From: a candidate division WOR-3 bacterium | GTDB taxonomy: Bacteria; Hydrothermota; Hydrothermia; LBFQ01; DSFT01 | Assembly (NCBI GenBank): GCA_965649115.1 | Contig: CBFGJN010000017.1 | Location: 1-31,096 of the forward strand | Length of the DNA: 31,096 nucleotides | Direction: 5' to 3' | Shown: positions 28,013-31,096 of the stretch, piece after piece | How the letters are laid out: every line of letters begins with the position of its first letter | How positions within the stretch are numbered: the first letter of the stretch is position 1 | Notes under the pieces: generated by a model | The model's input: the letters and a program-made list of their open reading frames with translations, nothing else | The model's database searches: none | Told to the model about the DNA's origin: nothing | Position numbers and translations under genes: made by a program

Positions 28013-29127
28013 TGCTTTGGGGAAGTGCAATTAGCTCATATCAAGCAGAAGGTGATAATTTTAATAGTGATTGGTGGGAGTTTGATAAAGGAAAAAGTTC
28101 AAAGGCGAGTTATTTTTGGTATAAATGGAGAGAAGATATAAAATTATTAAAGGAACTTGGACAAAATGCTTTTAGATTTTCAATTGAATGGAGTAGAATT
28201 TTTAAAAGTGAAAATGAAATTGATTTTAAATCACTTGATGTTTATAAAAGCATTGTTGATGAGTTATTCAAGAATAATATAGAACCCATTTTAACAATTT
28301 GGCATTTTACAAATCCAATTTGGTTTTCAAAAAAAGGAGGATGGTTAAATAAAGAAAATATAAATTACTTTTTAGATTATGTTAATATAATTAAAAAGAA
28401 CTTTGAAAATGTCAAGTACTTTATTGTTTTAAACGAACCTAATGTTTATAGTTTTAAAAGTTATCTTGAAGGCACTTGGCCACCACAAGAAAAAAATTTA
28501 ATTAAAGCATTTAAGGTTTTGAAAAATTTAAAAAAAGCCTATATTGAAACCTATAAAATTCTAAAAAACGAAAATAATTTAATAAGCTTTTCACAAAATA
28601 TAATCATTTTTAAACCTTATAGAATTTACAATCCTTTAAGTTTAATCTCAACAATTTTAGATGAAAAATTTTTTAATTTTTGGTTTATTGAAAATGTTAA
28701 AAACTACTTGGATTTTATAGGGATAAATTACTATACAAGAGTTTTTGTCAAATTTTTAGCAAAATTTACTTATAAGGAAAATAGTCAAAAAAATTGTCTT
28801 GGCTGGGAAGTTTATCCAAAGGGTATTTACGAAATTTGTAAAAAAATCTACAAAAAATATAAAAAACCAATTATGATTACAGAAAATGGTATTTGTACAA
28901 ATAATGACTTTCAAAGAATTGAATTTATAAAAGAACATATTTTTTACCTTAAAAAAGCTATTAATGAAGGCATTAAAATTTTAGGATATATGTATTGGTC
29001 CTTTCTTGACAATTACGAATGGGCAGAAGGCTTTGAACCAAAATTTGGACTTATTGAAGTTGACTATAAAACAGGAGAAAGAAAAATAAGAAAAAGTGCT
29101 TATTTTTATAAGGAGGTAATAACATGA
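28012..29127 (+). CDS. Glycoside hydrolase family 1
   Basis: LWGSAISSYQAEG, RFSIEWSRI, NEP, ITENG and DNYEWAEG. Confidence 0.95.
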   Translation: MLWGSAISSYQAEGDNFNSDWWEFDKGKSSKASYFWYKWREDIKLLKELGQNAFRFSIEWSRIFKSENEIDFKSLDVYKSIVDELFKNNIEPILTIWHFTNPIWFSKKGGWLNKENINYFLDYVNIIKKNFENVKYFIVLNEPNVYSFKSYLEGTWPPQEKNLIKAFKVLKNLKKAYIETYKILKNENNLISFSQNIIIFKPYRIYNPLSLISTILDEKFFNFWFIENVKNYLDFIGINYYTRVFVKFLAKFTYKENSQKNCLGWEVYPKGIYEICKKIYKKYKKPIMITENGICTNNDFQRIEFIKEHIFYLKKAINEGIKILGYMYWSFLDNYEWAEGFEPKFGLIEVDYKTGERKIRKSAYFYKEVIT

Positions 29128-29531
29128 AACGTAGAAGAAAACAAAATGGAATATCAATAAGAAGAGCAACAAGTATAGCTAAAAAAATGCTAAAAATATA
29201 CAAAAATAACGATAAAATACTTGATGAAGTAGCAAGGTGGAGAAATGAAATAATGACGAAGTTTAGCCATCTTCCAGAATCAAAAAAAGCTCTTGCTGAA
29301 CTTGAAAAAATTGAAAGTGAAGTTATGAAAATGAGAGAAATGATGGAACAAGACAAAGAAGGATTATCTGTTCTTTTCGATGTTGTACATTTTATATTTA
29401 CCAAAAGAAAGATAAAAGAATATAGAGGAAAAGATGTTTATATATGGATTGAAAATGATGAAAATGTCCATTTTGAATTCAAAGATGGAACAGTTGTAGT
29501 TAGTAAAAATGGTGATCTTATAATTTTGTGA
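29124..29531 (+). CDS. Hypothetical protein
   Basis: 135-aa ORF with SD AAGGAGG, overlapping both neighbours. Confidence 0.75.
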   Translation: MKRRRKQNGISIRRATSIAKKMLKIYKNNDKILDEVARWRNEIMTKFSHLPESKKALAELEKIESEVMKMREMMEQDKEGLSVLFDVVHFIFTKRKIKEYRGKDVYIWIENDENVHFEFKDGTVVVSKNGDLIIL

Positions 29532-30415
29532 AGATACCAGTAATTACAGGACAAACTGCAAGTGGAAAAACTGAAATAGCTCAAAAGTTAATTGAGAAAG
29601 ATGAAAATTTAATTGTAATAGCAATTGATTCAAGAAAAATCTACAAATATATGGATATTGGAACAGCAAAACCAAAATATCCTTACAGAAACAATTATAA
29701 GATGATAGATTTAATAGAACCAAATGAGCGCTATAATGTTGGTTTATTTTTTAGAAATGCTCAAAATGAAATCAAGAAGGCAATTGAAGGTGGAAAAAAG
29801 GTTATATTAGAAGGTGGAACTATTTTATATTTAAAATGTTTAATTGAGGGTTTAAGCATATTTCCAGAACCGAACAAAGAACTATTAGATTACATAAAGT
29901 CAAAAAAAACACATGAATTATATAACGAGCTTTTAAAAATTGACAAAAAAAGAGCATTACAAATTCATCCAAATGATAGATTTAGAATTGAAAGAAGTTT
30001 AATTGTTATTTTAACTACAAATATGAGCTATGAAAAAGCTTGTAAGGAATTTTACAAAGAACCTGAATTTGAATATGAAGTTTATATTTTGGAAATTGAA
30101 AAAGATAAACTTTATAGAAACATTGAAAACAGAATTTATAATATGTTAGAAGAAGGACTTTTAAATGAAATTGATTTTTTGATAAAAAAATATGGTAAGG
30201 ATGCTATTGGAATAAGAAAAACAATTGATTATTTTGAATTCATAGATTATTTTGAAGGCTTAAAAACACTTGAAGATGCAATTAAGGAAACAATTTCAGA
30301 TACAAAAGAATTTGCAAGAAGACAAAAACGATTTTTAAAACAAATAAAAGGGAAAAAAATGAGTTATGAAGAAATTATTTCTCATCTAAGTAAAACCACC
30401 AATTATCCTTACTAA
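29528..30415 (+). CDS. miaA: tRNA dimethylallyltransferase
   Basis: GQTASGKT, DSRKIYKYMDIGTAKP, GGTILY, IHPND and FARRQ. Confidence 0.95.
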   Translation: MKIPVITGQTASGKTEIAQKLIEKDENLIVIAIDSRKIYKYMDIGTAKPKYPYRNNYKMIDLIEPNERYNVGLFFRNAQNEIKKAIEGGKKVILEGGTILYLKCLIEGLSIFPEPNKELLDYIKSKKTHELYNELLKIDKKRALQIHPNDRFRIERSLIVILTTNMSYEKACKEFYKEPEFEYEVYILEIEKDKLYRNIENRIYNMLEEGLLNEIDFLIKKYGKDAIGIRKTIDYFEFIDYFEGLKTLEDAIKETISDTKEFARRQKRFLKQIKGKKMSYEEIISHLSKTTNYPY

Positions 30416-30920
30416 TTTTTAATTTTTTTGCTATTTGTGAAACCTTATAACATTTAAAATAATTTTTATGTTCTTCTAAAAACTTTAAAAGTGGCTCTAC
30501 AATTTCAAATAAATCCAAACTTATTGATTTCTTAATAATTTTATCAACTCGCATTAAATGTTCAAAACATTCATAATCATCAACAAATTTATGATTTTCA
30601 TAAATTACACTTTGCCAAAACTTTAACTCGTCATTCACTTCATTAACCAAATTTTCAATCTTCAAATTAATATCCTTATTTTTCATTATATAACTTATAA
30701 GCTCAGCAACAAAAACGATATTATAAAATATCATTGCAACAAAGCCAAGACCTATATTTCTTGTAATTAGAAAAATACCCAAAATTATAAAAAAATGGAC
30801 AAAAACAATTAAAGAAACAGGAAGAATAATTTTATTCTTTATTCTCATTTCATAAATTGAATAAATACCCATAATTGAACCAATTAAAATAAATATAATT
30901 CCAAGAATGAAATTTGGCAC
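30375..30920 (-). CDS. Hypothetical membrane protein
   Basis: Three N-terminal hydrophobic helices; GTG start. Confidence 0.7.
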   Translation of the reverse strand: MPNFILGIIFILIGSIMGIYSIYEMRIKNKIILPVSLIVFVHFFIILGIFLITRNIGLGFVAMIFYNIVFVAELISYIMKNKDINLKIENLVNEVNDELKFWQSVIYENHKFVDDYECFEHLMRVDKIIKKSISLDLFEIVEPLLKFLEEHKNYFKCYKVSQIAKKLKISKDNWWFYLDEK

Positions 30921-30937
30921 TTTAAAATTTTAAAGTG
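30918..30937. promoter_or_regulatory. Perfect 20-bp palindrome CACTTTAAAATTTTAAAGTG, a candidate bidirectional -10 containing both divergent GTG starts
   Basis: TAAAAT on each strand lies 6 nt before a GTG (30920 minus, 30935 plus). Confidence 0.65.
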
Positions 30938-30970
30938 ATTAAATTTTTAACTGCTGGTGTTCCAATTAGC
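30935..30970 (+). pseudogene. First 12 codons of an endonuclease IV / AP-endonuclease TIM-barrel gene, interrupted by an IS end
   Basis: MIKFLTAGVPIS resembles the (R/K)FG(T/P)AG(I/V)P.S start of archaeal-type EndoIV. The TIR begins at 30971. Confidence 0.55.
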
Positions 30971-31096
30971 TGCCTTGTCCAATAATTCCCCCTCTACCTT
31001 CCCTATGGATACCCCCACTATATTTTAACTCATCCCCTCCCATATCAACCCCTCAATCAGCCAAATTACTATAACTATAAAAACTATTCATTATCA
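30971..31096 (-). mobile_element. Right end of a probable autonomous IS (IS5 family, IS903-like), cut by the window edge
   Basis: Reverse complement ends GAATTATTGGACAAGGCA, identical to MITE ends at 17141-17158 and 25744-25761, but the interior is unrelated. One minus frame is open to the edge (...IMNSFYSYSNLAD*, stop 31053-31055). Confidence 0.7.

Noticed and set aside
7178..29404. Short ORFs at 7178, 9328, 12781, 17322, 27304, 28756, 28981 and 29051
   Set aside because: Antisense to better-supported genes, with no recognisable motifs.

Overview
Very AT-rich, tightly packed bacterial chromosomal segment from a diderm (TonB-dependent receptor, LpxH, MlaD, LspA). A thermophilic candidate-phylum lineage such as WOR-3 is a guess from style only. 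Most of the window is housekeeping and metabolic genes: queF, queC, tyrS, infC, miaA, coaX, lspA, thiolase, HMG-CoA lyase, OFOR beta subunit, GH1, GT2, GT4 and tRNA-Cys. The left edge holds a fused restriction-modification gene missed by the ORF track, preceded by a gcvH::gap chimera. The main discovery is a family of ~205-bp MITE-like elements with IS903-like terminal inverted repeats and 9-bp target duplications, stacked in polarised tandem arrays at five loci. At three loci the last element base lies exactly 36 nt before a start codon and 23 nt before a CTTTAAAATTTT (-10-like) motif, suggesting repeated promoter/motif-directed insertion. A probable autonomous partner starts at 30971, interrupting an endonuclease IV-like gene. 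Other points: pervasive leaderless-type promoters, an RSPP arrest-peptide-like uORF before the TonB receptor, a probable AUU start, a tRNA abutting a CDS, and an uncharacterised four-gene membrane cluster.
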